Notes under the pieces: model-generated
Told to the model about the DNA's origin: nothing
Databases searched by the model: none
Seen by the model: only the letters and a program-made list of their open reading frames with translations
Shown: positions 41,985 through 55,121 of the stretch, in pieces
How the letters are laid out: each line of letters opens with the position of its first letter
Numbering within the stretch: the stretch's first letter is position 1
Assembly (NCBI GenBank): GCA_028023455.1
Contig: JAQFVV010000001.1
Span: 33,604,001 to 33,668,000, forward strand
DNA: 64,000 nt
DNA from: Epiperipatus broadwayi
Taxonomy: Eukaryota; Animalia; Onychophora
Direction: 5' to 3'
Position numbers and translations under genes: made by a program

Positions 41985-42270
41985 TGTTCGAGCACCAGAA
42001 ATAGCAACTAGGTTTGTGATCCTGAAGTTCAGAATCTGCTATTCTACCAATGCACTAAATTGTATATGACAAAAAGTAACGGATTTACTGCTTACATATT
42101 CATAAATTTGAGCAGAGAAAAATCCATGATTTATGGACTCTGAATCCTACACTAAACAATGCAAGGTTAAAATAATCAAGTGGTTTGTTATTTAGAGTTT
42201 ATAAGTAGTTCAAGCACCGGAAGTGACAGCTAGGATCTGCAATCCATGGACTTTGAGTTCCAGCAATCCT
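41985..42270 (-). mobile_element. Old tRNA-like SINE fragments (second family), two partial copies
   Basis: GTTCGAGCACCAGAA at ~41986 and GTTCAAGCACCGGAA at ~42208; similar to 15780-15870. Confidence 0.3.
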
Positions 42271-43329
42271 CCATTATTAAGTTTTAATATTTTTCATAGG
42301 TCTTTTAATAAATCTATTATAAAATCTGTTACTATCAAAATAAAATTTTCAAGAAAATAAAAAGTTAATTAAAAAATAAAATATTTGTTTTTAATTTTAA
42401 ACAAAATTTAATATGGTTTTATGTGATATTAATTTTTGGTTATTATAAAATTGTTCATTTTACAACACTCATATTAAAATAATGATTGTCTATTATTTCT
42501 AGAGCAAACTTGTTATGATAACTATCTACTTTTTATGAAGTAATTCCATGAACCCCTCCCCCCTGTAAATGAATAAATTATCAAGTGACACACTTCTGAT
42601 TTTAAAGAAAATATATATTGAAATATGAATATATTTTTCATTTTCCGATAATTACAAATAATATATGCTTAGCAGTATGGATTATTATTTTAAACTGTCT
42701 TGTTTGCTATATACATTATGACGCATATTTTCATATGTTAATTTGAACTAAAAGTAGTTTAGATTTATTTATTGTTAAAAATATATATTTTTTGTTTTAA
42801 GCTTTCAATGAAGAGCAAAAATAATTTGAAACAGAAGTCTTTGTTTATAATAAAAACATAACAAAAACAAAAAGAAGTGCAATGATATATATCTCATAAT
42901 ATTTAAAACTATACATCTTGTTTGTTATTTTGCCCCCCCCCCCCCATATAATTTAGTACTTAGAATATTGCTATTTAAAGAATTTTTAACAGAAAAATTG
43001 CAAATGTAATTTTCCATATTCATATGTGTTTAATACTAATTAATTACTCAAGAGGCCAAAAATTTGATGCAATAATTAATTTTTTTTTTTTTTTAAAAAG
43101 CTAATATAAATGAAAAATTATTAAATCCTTAGAATGGAAAAGGGCTCTATATATTTTGTTTCATGACTTTTAATGGTTATTGTAAATTCATAGGTAGTAG
43201 CTTGCACTTTGTTTTGAATGTTTAGTTTACAATATTTGATATTTATTATACTATCCTATATCTGTTTAGAATTTTTTAACATACATTTGTATATAACATA
43301 GGATACAACTTAATTTCAAGATTAACCAT

Positions 43330-43680
43330 CATATCAATCTAATTCAGGATGAAGGTCTCCAAGTTTAATCCAGTTTCTTCAATCTCTAGCCATCTTTTTC
43401 ACAATACTTCAGCAAAGTTATTTATTTCATTCATCCATCTCACTTATCTCTTTCTAAGCCTTGTATAATCTCTTAGGATCCAATTCAAAACTTCAGTAAT
43501 TATTATCACTTCTAGCAATAACACCAATCCATTTCTATTTGAGTTTCTTAATTCTTTGATGATTACAATGATACCTGCTTGTTTTCTCATTCACTTGTCT
43601 TGTTTTTGATCTTATTTTGTTACTTCTAATATCCCTCCATGTTTGATTGAACAGTCCAAAGTTTCTGTATTGAACTCCTG
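43330..43680 (-). mobile_element. RTE LINE 3' fragment
   Basis: RIKKLK*KWIGVIARSDN (cf. KLKWRWAGHIAR) and VLNWILRD..VRWMNEI. Related to 44660-45640. Confidence 0.7.
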
Positions 43681-44275
43681 TTAAATATATAAATCTTACA
43701 TTCATATTTATGAACAGATAAAACGTATATTAAAAACTTTTTTTTTCAAGTATATAGATTTTTTTTTCCTTTTAATATTATTTCTATCAGGTGCATTTTA
43801 CCCAAGTTTTAATTGTATGATTCATTTTATCTATTATGTTTTCTTTTGTATTAATAATCTAACCAAGATATTTGTAGTTGTTAGATTCTAATCCATGATT
43901 ATCAATCTTTAATTTTCTAAGAAAATTCACTGAAGAATGACAAGTTTAACAGGCCCAAAACTAAAACACATTCATATTACATATATACACATTCATGGAT
44001 GATGTTTCATAAGTAGCACCAAATTTTTTACAAGTTATTTACTTCATAAATATATTGTAAAATTGTTTCTTTTTCTTTAATTTGAACAATATAACATTAA
44101 TTATAAAGTGAAAAAGCATTGTTCTAAAATTATCCATAACATATTTCTAATAAGATCATTATTTAATTCAAGTTATATTTTTTAACACTTTGTGGGAAAA
44201 TTCTTTATATTTTTGTTAATTTGAGTATTCTTACTTTTTTTTTTTTTTTAAAAAATTGTATTCTTCAATAAATCT

Positions 44276-44306
<31 letters not shown>

Positions 44307-44659
44307 AGGGGGAGGGTATATTAATGATCATGAAGAGAAATTAAAAACTTTTTTTTTTTTGTTTCAAACACCAACCTTGAAAGCTATCATTAAGCTATTC
44401 ATAGAAATTATTTTTTTCAAGAATGGAACCACAGCTTTTTAAAAGAAATTATCATTCAATTCAGAATTACAAAAATTTGTTTTTCAGAAATTCCAAGAAA
44501 ATTTGCTGCAAAAGAATTAATAGGTTAACATGACATTTTACACTAAAGAAAAATCCTTAGAAGATATAATGAGGTTTTTTTTTCCAGTTTTTTTTTTTTT
44601 TATGTTTTAACTGCTTTTTGAATTTCTACACCAAAATTTGTAAAATTGTAAAAAGTAAT

Positions 44660-45640
44660 ATGGTCATTCATCATCATTTTCAACCATTATCGATCAACTG
44701 AAGGATGAAAGTCTCTTCTAGTTCAATCCATTTCTGATCTCTAACCTCTTTTCTCCACATCATTCCAGCACATTTCCTTAGTCATCTATCTCACATGTGG
44801 TCTTTTTTTAGGTCTTCTACAATCTCTTACTGTTCATGTATTATCATCTCTTTTAGCAATATGTCCAGCCCAATTCCACTTCAGTCTCCTTAATTCTTTC
44901 AATGATGAAAATAATACTTGTTTGTTCTCACCCATTTATTTTGTTTGCGATCTCTTCTTGTTATTCCTAACATGCATATCTCCATACTTCATTGAGTGCT
45001 GAAGTTCTTATATTGCTCTTCTATTAAGGGTCCAATTTTCATATCCATAAGTAAGAACTGGTAAAACACATTTTTTAGAAATTACTTTTCAAACACATAG
45101 GCATATTGCTTTTTAATATTAAGTTATTTTTATCAAAAGCATTCCAACCAAGTTTGATTCTATGATTAATTTAATTCATTATGTTTTCATCTATAATAAT
45201 AATCTGATCAAGGTATTTGTAGTTGTTAACTTCTTCTAACTCATCATCAGTCTTTATTTTCATCTTACTTTTATCTGATAACTCTTGCAACATTTCTTGA
45301 AGCTCTAAAGCATTATTTGCAAAAATAACTGCATTTTCTACAAAAATCTAGATGACTTAAATAATCATTTACTTTTACTTCCTTAGCTTCCCATTTTAAT
45401 GCACACAAACTTTTTGCAAAACTGCTATTAAATTTTTTAGAGATATGGAGTCACCATGCCATGCATCTTTTTAATGTTAGATTACATAATGATACTAAAA
45501 AAAAAAAAAATTTCCTGGGTCTATAATATACTTTAATCACCGAAGAAATGATTATAGAATCAAATGTCTTTTATAATCTGTAAATTTAAATCATAATAGC
45601 AACTCTTATTCATTGGTTTTTTTCTGTAACTTTTTTCAAT
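44660..45640 (-). mobile_element. RTE LINE reverse-transcriptase 3' half (5'-truncated, decayed)
   Basis: DYKRHLI (DYKKAFDS site); HGDSISLK (QGDxISPK); HLDFCRKCSYFC (HLRFADDIVLF site); YKYLDQII; LKWNWAGHIAKRDDN; short TGA-repeat tail at ~44665. Confidence 0.8.
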
Positions 45641-45857
45641 ACTTGAATGTGATCCACTGTACAAAAAGCACTTTAATAATCCAGTTTGTTTTTTTGGTTG
45701 ATTAAAATTGAAAGTTTGCTGTAAATGAATTGTAATTATTTTGTTAAAATTTTTGTATAGAACTGATAATAGACTGATAGGTCTGTAATTTCTATCTTTT
45801 AATCACTTTTTTTAAATATTAATATTAGTACCACATTTTTCTAATCATTCTCTAGTT

Positions 45858-46346
45858 CAGTGTTCTTCAACCCTTGGTCCGTGGCCCGGCACCGGGCTGC
45901 GGAACTTTTCTGCAGATCCTCGTGCTAGACAGGCAGTAAAAAGTTTGTAATAATAAATAATAAGAGTTTAAACTTTTAATTAATATAGCCAATTTTTATT
46001 TATTTTTTCATCTCATTTTTACCCAATTAAAAAAAAAGAAAACAGAATGAAAACAAAATCTAATCAATCATTCATAAATTAATTTGTTTTTCTAGTTATC
46101 ACAGATGTTAATGGGGGGGGGGGGGTAGAATTAAATTTTTTATTATATAAACTCCATATATATAAAACTTTATCTTATATATTTAACATTGTTGTTTTGA
46201 TCAGTTATAACAATTATGCTTATCTTTAAGAAAATTTATCTACAGACTTCTGCCGGTCTGCGAGATCTTATCCTTATTTTTGCTGGTCCGCGGAACCTTA
46301 TCTAATATTTACCGGTCCGCAGGTGTGAAAAGGTTGAAGACCACTG
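45858..46346 (+). mobile_element. hAT (Charlie/Buster-type) MITE
   Basis: TIRs CAGTGTTCTTCAACC / GGTTGAAGACCACTG; perfect 8-bp TSD CTCTAGTT at 45850-45857 and 46347-46354. Strand assignment is arbitrary. Confidence 0.92.
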
Positions 46347-47185
46347 CTCTAGTTTAACATTTCATTGGGAGATGTGTTATCATCATAAATACAGCTTTAT
46401 TAATCCATAAACAATATACACATAAACAAATTTAGATTATTTTGCTCATCTATGGTGAGACTACATCGAATATGTGTCTTCATCGATATCCTCATTAATC
46501 GCTTCTATCGTATTAATTCACTGATATATTCATTTCGCGATGCGTCCAGTGCATGCTGTTAATAAATAATATATATGCATAATGCGTTGTCTGTCAAAAT
46601 AAGTTCCAGATGTACAAAAATTCATTAGTTTATGTATAGCCTGTTGATACAAAATTCCAGGTACTATAGCCTAGTGGTGCACATGTATATCTTCACTATA
46701 GGATTCGCTTTGGGTTAGAAGTAAATCATTCCTACAACTTGGGTTTTTTGTCTCAGTGAATTTCACATAGGCATCGCAAAGCCTATCATCTGTATTGTTA
46801 TGGACAATCGTTAGATAGTCTTGCTATTATTAGTATTATTAAAATCTTCTGTTGTATCTATGAGAGATGGACATCGTCCCAATGCTATGTATTTTCATGC
46901 ATAAATACCATAAGGCCATAAATATAATTTAAGTAAATAAAATAACAAATGCTCCTTTACTTTGGGGTGATAAGAAAAATAAACACACTTTTTGTTATAT
47001 AGCTATCACTTATCACGATTCGCATTAAGCATCACATGATCACCATCTCTTATACTATCACATAATTGTTTATAAACAAGGCAAAACTTTCCATACAGTA
47101 GGGCCACCCTGTGCCAACCAGAATAATCAATGGATGCCAGAAGGCTTGTGCATAAAATCCCCATCTAATGCCTACTCATCCAATA

Positions 47186-47228
47186 TCCCCAAGAGTAGTT
47201 TCTGGCTTGTGGCCTTCATCAGTGAGGA
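47186..47228 (-). ncRNA. Hammerhead ribozyme motif, minus-strand copy with mutated helix III
   Basis: Reverse complement: TCCTCA CTGATGA A GGC CACAA GCC A GAAA CTACTC T TGGGGA. The ACTAGT palindrome is changed to ACTACT. Confidence 0.5.
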
Positions 47229-47595
47229 GCTTTAGATCTCAATGCACCTAATTCTTAGGATCTAATGCAACCCTCCAGCAACCACCTTTTATCTCTACTT
47301 AACTATAAAACTATGAGAATGAAATTGAAAACACAAAAATATTTTCAATCTAAGATCAATAGCTTATATAGTCATATATAAACAATTATGTGCGAGTGTA
47401 AGAGATGGTGAACATGTGATGCTTAATGGTTTAACACCAATCCCGCATAATAGGATAGTGGTGGCTATGGTTGAAAATATTTTTGTGTTTTCAATTTTAT
47501 TCTCATAGTTTTATAGTTAAGTAGAGATAAAAGGTGGTTGCCGGAAGGTTGCATTAGATCTTAAGATCTAGGTGTAGTGCTCTCAGATCTAAAGC

Positions 47596-47637
47596 TCCTC
47601 ACTGACGAAGGCCACAAGCCAGAAACTAGTCTGGGGA
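47596..47637 (+). ncRNA. Minimal type I hammerhead ribozyme motif
   Basis: TCCTCA CTGACGA A GGC CACAA GCC A GAAA CTAGTC TGGGGA. 6-bp stem I (one GU), core CUGACGA/GAAA, stem II GGC/GCC, palindromic helix III ACTAGT, GUC cleavage site. Confidence 0.75.
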
Positions 47638-47791
47638 TATTGGATGAGTAGGCATTAGATAGGGATTTTATGCACAAGCCTTCTGGCATCCATTGATTAC
47701 TCTGGTTGGCACAGGGTGGCACTACTGTATGGAAAGTTTTGCCTTGTTATCACGATTGTAACTGATTTTCAAACCAATAAACTGACATATA

Positions 47792-49266
47792 ATCATGCCT
47801 TGTAAAAATTTTATGCCACATCCCACACTGTTATAATTAAATAATTTATTATTATAAATAAATCTTGTTGACTATAAAAATATATATAAAATAGTTGTTT
47901 CATTATCATCTGTTCTATTATTGATTGCAACCTTAGATTATTACTAATAATCAAATGTAAAGTCTGCTTCTCCTTGAGCTATATAGAAATTAAAATTATG
48001 TCCACATTAAGGGTGTTAACTATGTAGGAAAGGTCTCAGCATGGACAAGAGTGTTGAACTAGTGTTATCTAGAGGTAGCCATACTACTAGGCATACTGGT
48101 TAAGTGTGCTGGCTTGGTCTCTGGATTTTGTTAACAGGTTGCATATTTGACCATTACAATATATATGATGAACACTAGAATGGTAGATGTCTTTTGTCAT
48201 GTAAAGCTTAAATTAGTAATTTAATTTGGTTTCCTGTTCATTTATATCTTTAATGGTCAAAAATATAGTGTTAGTATTATTTTGTAATTATTCTGCTGCT
48301 TACATATAATTGTGATCATAAACTAGAAAATACGAGTCAGAAAACTGATTAATGTTATATGGGCAATTTTTTTTTCAAATTAAAAACTAACAATGAATGA
48401 AAATATTATGATGAATGTCATTGGTTGACACCAGCATTATTTGTGCAAGATATTTCAGGGCCTTTTTGAAAATATGAATTAATAAGCTGATTTCCAAGCG
48501 AAAAAAATTAAGAGTAAAAATTATTTTTTAAAAATAATGCTTTATCATGCCTTGTAAAAATTTTATGCCACATCCCACACTGTTATCTTGTTGACTATAA
48601 AAATATATATAAAATAGTTGTTTCATTATCATCTGTTCTATTATTGATTGCAACCTTAGATTATTACTAATAATCAAATGTAAAGTCTGCTTCTCCTTGA
48701 GCTATACAGAAATTAAAATTATGTCCACATTAAGGGTGTTAACTATGTAGGAAAGGTCTCAGCATGGACAAGAGTGTTGAACTAGTGTTATCTAGAGGTA
48801 GCCATACTACTAGGCATACTGGTTAAGTGTGCTGGCTTGGTCTCTGGATTTTGTTAACAGGTTGCATATTTGACCATTACAATATATATGATGAACACTA
48901 GAATGGTAGATGTCTTTTGTCATGTAAAGCTTAAATTAGTAATTTAATTTGGTTTCCTGTTCATTTATATCTTTAATGGTCAAAAATATAGTGTTAGTAT
49001 TATTTTGTAATTATTCTGCTGCTTACATATAATTGTGATCATAAACTAGAAAATACGAGTCAGAAAACTGATTAATGTTATATGGGCAAATTTTTTTTCA
49101 AATTAAAAACTAACAATGAATGAAAATATTATGATGAATGTCATTGGTTGACACCAGCATTATTTGTGCAAGATATTTCAGTGCCTTTTTGAAAATATGA
49201 ATTAATAAGCTGATTTCCAAGCGAAAAAAATTAAGAGTAAAAATTATTTTTTAAAAATAATGCTTT
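47792..49266. repeat. Near-identical tandem duplication (~752 bp + ~723 bp)
   Basis: ATCATGCCTTGTAAAAATTTTATGCC starts at 47792 and 48544. The copies differ by a ~29-bp indel and a few substitutions. Confidence 0.95.
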
Positions 49267-49680
49267 TATGTAAACAACTGGCTAAAAAGTAGAATAACAA
49301 AGTAGTTCAACCAAAAAAAAGTGTTATTTCATAAAAGCATTTGAGGCCATAAAAATCAAAAAGATCTCAAAAGTTTTTATGAAATGACACGTGTTTTGGA
49401 TTTTTTATTTTTCTACTTTTAATTGGTTGTTTACAAAAAAACATTATTTAAAAAATATTAACAAAATTTTGTTCTATAAACATAATATTTTTTTGGTTCA
49501 ATTGCTGGTTGTTTTGGCAAGTGTAAGGATGTGAGATGAAGTTTTAAATGGGAACAGATTTTTTTTTTCATTGTTAATTCGAAGATGTCGTCATACTGAC
49601 AGAAACACACACAGGACAAGTTAATATAAAAGCATTTAAATATTTTTCACTAACATATGGTTGTTTTTGCTTTTAGATAA

Positions 49681-49781
49681 TTTTTTTTTACATGTGTCAT
49701 AGATCGGCTAGGAAACGAACTGCTAACAGGACAACTGCTTGCAAGTCAGCTGTGTTGACCACTTGACCACCAATGCTTGAC
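49681..49781 (-). mobile_element. tRNA-Gly-derived short SINE (diverged copy)
   Basis: Reverse complement GTCAAGCATTGGTGGTCAAGTGG...GTTCGTTTCCTAGCCGATCTATGACACATGT(A)n. Confidence 0.8.
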
Positions 49782-50013
49782 GACAGAATGTCATGGAAAA
49801 AAAAAAAAATCCAATCAAAAAACCTTAAAATTGTCAGATAATGAAAAATACCTATTGATTGATGTAGGGCATATAGCAGAAGATGTTAGGGCCATTTCTG
49901 AAATGCCAAGATAGGTGATATTGAAGTGAGAAAGTGAAAGTTGAGGTATTTTTCATTAGTGCAAGTTTGTTTTTGGTTTTGCAAGACTATTTTAATTTTT
50001 CTCAGTTAGACAA

Positions 50014-50175
50014 TGTAGTTTGAACATAGCTTCAAGAAAAATATCTCTAAAAAGAACGAGAGGTATAAATTGTCAATTAATGAAAATGCTATCATGATTC
50101 AAACTGTAGTTTGAACATAGTTTCAAAAAAAAAATCTCTAAAAAGAGGTGTAAATTATCAATTAATGAAAATGCT
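50014..50175. repeat. Local tandem duplication, ~91-bp unit
   Basis: TGTAGTTTGAACATAG...AATTAATGAAAATGCT starts at 50014 and 50105. Confidence 0.85.
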
Positions 50176-51497
50176 TTGACAAACATCATTGGTAACATAG
50201 GGAATGCAAAACCTTTTAGGATCTTTTTGGAAAGTTGACGTAGAAAGCAAATAATTCCAAACAAGAAAGGAAAAGGAAATGGATTTTTTTTTTTATAGAT
50301 GTAGATTTATTTTTACATTTAGAAGCTTATTTAAATTTTTACTTTGAGATAGACACCAGAATTAGAACAACAAAACATTGTAAATGATAAAGCTGCAAAA
50401 CTATAAACGAAAATATTATAATGAACCACATTGGTTAATGTAGGATGCATATTTTCTCAAAAGGTTTCAGAGCTTTTCTAAAAAGCTGAATTAGAAAGCT
50501 AATTTACTCTTTCAAAAAAAAAAGAAAGAAAGAAAATCTTGTGAAAAAGTAGAAGTGTTTATGAGTTTGCTTTTGCTCTTACATGATTGATATTAATTTT
50601 CACTATAAAACAGAAAACAACCTAACAACATAATGCCATGAAAAAAATATATAAAGTAAGACAAAAGTTCTGCAATTGATTGATTTGTTTAAGTTTGCTT
50701 TTTATATTATTTTCATTTTATTTATGCTTTTAAAAATTTGGCTTTATTTATGTGCAACAATTTTATATATATCCCCCATGTATGTATTTTAGTGCAAGCT
50801 ACAACAAACAGAATTTCAACATAATTAAATATTTTTAAAATAATTATTATATGTATAAAATAAATTATATTACAATAGAGGTTAATTAATATCTAGCATT
50901 ATTAAATGATTTAGCTGACATTTTTATGCAATAATAGAATAGCTAGATCAATTTCAATCTGTGTTTTCTTGAAGAAGTTCCAAGAAAATAAAGTAGACAA
51001 TGTTCACATTTACCTCCAACTAGTGACCATGAATTAAAACAGCTGTGTATACTGAAATGTCTTTTTAATATAAAGAGCTTGACATAATGAAGTCATAATG
51101 ATAAAAATAATGCTGAAATTGTCAGAAAAAGAGATGAAGTTCATGTAAAATTCTTAGATTTTATTTTTGAAAGTGTATTTTTTTGTTGTTCATAAATATT
51201 TTAATTCTCATTATTTTCAAATTTGGTGTAAAAGTATAGAATATTTATTAAACTACTTGAGTGTTATTTGAAGTATTTATATATATATACACCGCATCAG
51301 ATGATTTTGGTGGTTAATTCATTTAATAACTATAATGATTATTAATTTATTATTATAATTTTATATCTTATTAATGAAAAGGTTCATAAATGTAGGTTTA
51401 AATATAAGTTGTAAAAAGATGAGAAATTATTGCAAATTGCTTCTTGTAATATTGTGTTATGCTCCATTTACCTTAGAGCTAAGAATTTAATGTACAC

Positions 51498-51501
<4 letters not shown>

Positions 51502-51577
<76 letters not shown>
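51502..51577. repeat. (ATT)n microsatellite
   Basis: Directly visible; the source of the poly-Ile in ORF 51479-51667. Confidence 0.97.
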
Positions 51578-51578
<1 letters not shown>

Positions 51579-54269
51579 AATTGATTCTGTACCTTAAAAG
51601 GGGGATGGAAGAGATGATTAACATTATCATTTAATTTGATTTTTGTTAATTTGACTGACAGCTTCATTTCATGGTGATTTTAAAATTAAATGATAAATTA
51701 TGATTATTCAAGGTAGAAACTTTTACATTTAGACATACAAAAAAAAAGTCTCCATTAGTCTTTTTGAATTTTTCAGCTTATTAGGGGAAGTTAGGAATTC
51801 TGTAAGTTGAAATTGTTGATATTGATGGGTGGTGTTAATGGCAGTACCACATTCGGATGATTTTTTCCTTCTCCTTAGCCATGCATTATTTCATTGCACT
51901 CTGACTGGCAAATGAAGCAGGGGATTTATGTAATGCTGCTTCTTTCCAAGCAATTTGTTGTCAGTGATGGTTCTGCATCATAGATCAAAAGTGGCCTCCC
52001 ATTTTTTCTTTTCCTAGAACTAAAAGATATAAAGTTAAATCATTTCTCAAAGCATATGATGAGATTCGTTCTATTGCTTTATTTTTTTTTTATTATTAAA
52101 TCAGAATTGTCTTTATATATATATATATATGTGTAAGCTTAATTGAAATTATGATTTTAATGCAATCATTTTTGTCTTAACCCTTCATTAATAAATTTCA
52201 TTTTATATGCCTATTACAAAAATTGTGCTGGTCAATCTACATGTACTTCAAGAATATATCCTCCTCCCCAACCCCATTATTAGCAAATTGCATTTTAATT
52301 TTTAAAAATAATTTATTTTTTATGTAGTAAATTACTGAATGAAATATAAAACCTTTATATATCTTTGTATGTATGGAAGTATGCATTTATAACAAGAACA
52401 ACAAAAATTGAATGATTTATTTGAGAAGTCTGAGCCCCCACCCAAAGTACAGCCATTTTGTGCAAGATGCCTACCATTTCATTTTTTGCTTTTAGAGTTC
52501 TACTAAAAAAAAAAAGAAAAGTAATTAATCATCTATTTCTAAACTTATCAAATACCTTTTTCACATTCTCTCTATCTATTTATATACGTCTATATATTTA
52601 TTAAACTTTTTGCCAAAAATTATTTTCATAATTATTCAACAAGCCACTATAACCAAATTAATGATTGATTTGATTAATGTAAAGTGTAGCATGTCTTTCT
52701 TAAATCTTCATTAATACTATTAAATATAGTTTTCACATTTACTTACACATTTTAGTGAGTTCTATATTTAGAGTATCATCATTATAAAATATTTGAAATT
52801 CAACATGTAAAATTATTGTTTCTTTTCTTCACTTTTTTTCTCTATGTACTTTTTTTAATGCCATACATGATTGACTGTAGTGATTATAATCAATTTTGTA
52901 TTCATGATTTGAATATCATTAGTGATCTTTAGGGAAAAATCCACTATTTTGTAATATTACTGATATTATTTGATAAAATGATGAGATTCAACTGAACAAA
53001 AAGCATAGCAAATAAAAACAAATTTGATATATAATAATAAAATAAATTAAAAATAAATTACAAAGATTTTTATTGAAGTATCAACAATAAAAATAATTTA
53101 AAAGTATGATTTGCATATTTTATTTTTGTTCAGTATCCTCATAATAAATATTTGTAGTAGATTTCTTAATATACCCAAGGCAAACAAGTTATTGCAAATT
53201 TAAAACAATATTTACACAAAAAAATATTTTAATGCACAACTAATGTGTAGTACATTATCTAAAATATAATTAGTTAATTATAATAGTTTGATTTAATGGT
53301 CCCATAACAGTTGAAATTCTTATTTTACATAAAGAAATTTTTCTTTGCAATTGCAAGTGTAAACAGTATAGTAAAAAAAAAAAGAACCAACCCACCAATA
53401 TTTAGATCATATATAATTATAAATTGCACCAGAAGTTATTGTCTTATCTGATGATTGTTTTTCTTTGCAAGTGTAAATAATAGTGGGGGTAGAATTTAAT
53501 TACATCATTAAAACTATTTTACTAATCAAATTTTTATTTATTTTGACTGCATTTTCATTTAAATAAAATGGAATGTTTTTGAAATGTGACATCACATCAG
53601 AAACAGTTCAGTTTGACTTATTTGGTAATTATATAAAAAGAGCAAAGCAAAGGGTATTAAAAATAAATTAAAAGTATACATTATTAATATACTTTTTTTT
53701 TTTAATAAAATAAACTTTACTAACAAATTACGAACAAGTATTAACATATGTACAGGGGGCAATAGAGCAAAACGTAAAGTGTATTAAAAATATATATTAT
53801 TAATATAAATTTTTTATGTAAAATAAACTATTAATTATAAATTATGTACAAATATTATTATATGTATAGGGGGCAAATTTTTATTTATATAACATAAACA
53901 GCATGGCTTATAAAATATAGGGTACTTACATATTAGTCCTATGACAAGGAGCACATATTACACCTGCTCCGCCATTTCACATTCATATCAATCCCGCTGA
54001 TAACTTTCTAATCTTGTGATCTGACAAAATAATGTGTATAAAGATCTTGTATGTGATATTTTCACAAGATTTTCAAAAATGTGTGCACGGATCTTGTATA
54101 TGATATTTTCACAAGATTTACAAAGTTTTTGGCAGCTTAAATACATATGCGAAAAGGCGTAGCATGTCTAATATGTGCTCCATGTTGCAGGACTAAAAAT
54201 ACTATTTTCACACAAAAAATAAAAAAAAAATTGGAGAATAATTTACCCTAAAAACCGGTATTAAAAATT

Positions 54270-54810
54270 ACATTTTTAACAACAGTTAAAAAAAAATTAA
54301 TTTGCCATTCAGAAATATATACGACTTTCACAGGAAAAATATAAAATACAGGGTGGAATATAAATTAATAACAGTACTGAACATATGAACTTGACCATAA
54401 ATTCAATATTAAACAGTAAATTTTTAAACAATCAATATGTAAAATACAAGACACCATTATGCAAGTCGCAAATGTTACTTTGCCATACAGAAATATATAT
54501 GACTTTCACATAAAAAAAGTATAAAATTTATAACAACAATACTAAACATAGGAATTTCAGCAAAAAAAAAAAAAAATCTTAAAAAGTACATTTTTAACAA
54601 TAGTTAAAAACTAAAAAAAAATATTAATTTGCCATACAGTAATATATACGACTTTCACGGGAAAAAAATTAAAACATAGTGTGGAATATACATTTATAAC
54701 AATACTAATGATATGAATTTGACCATAAAATGGATATTAAACAGAACATTTTGAAACAATCAATATATAAAGTACAAGATGCCATTTTGCAAGCCCCAAA
54801 TGTCACTTTA
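54270..54810. repeat. Internal tandem repeats in the Merlin 3' region
   Basis: TTTGCCAT(T/A)CAG.AATATATA.GACTTTCAC recurs at ~54300, ~54479 and ~54628. The long unit (~330 bp) occurs twice with a partial copy between. Confidence 0.8.
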
Positions 54811-55121
54811 AATATGGACAAAACAATCATTAAATTACAAAAATTGCCTAAAATATAAAAAAAAAGCATAAAATATATGCATACGCTACTTACCGTGCAA
54901 TATATAACAGGAATTGTCACAAGTGTACTTCATTATAAGTCAATCAAATTTTTCAGACAAAATGGACACTTCAATTCAAGTAAAAAATTATCTCTACAAA
55001 ATGAACACGATTGGCGGTATATCGCCTGAACAGGATTTTGTTGAAAAACTGTAATAAATAATTTTTTTTTAAAAAAAGGCAAAATTATTTATAAAATAAG
55101 AAAATATAACACTTTTATTAA

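Larger units (their letters stand above)
47021..47746. mobile_element. Penelope-like fold-back element (inverted pLTR pair) with 11-bp TSD
   Basis: TSD TTATCACGATT at 47010-47020 and 47747-47757. Arms 47075-47349 and 47471-47748; 47023-47074 is inverted at 47377-47428. Hammerhead motifs in both arms. Confidence 0.8.

Noticed and set aside
51479-51667. Poly-Ile ORF
   Set aside because: It is the (ATT)n microsatellite.
51780-52010. Moderately GC-rich exon-like block on the minus strand (KRKNGRPLLIYDAEP...)
   Set aside because: All frames stop within ~30 codons, no family is recognisable and no partner exon was found.
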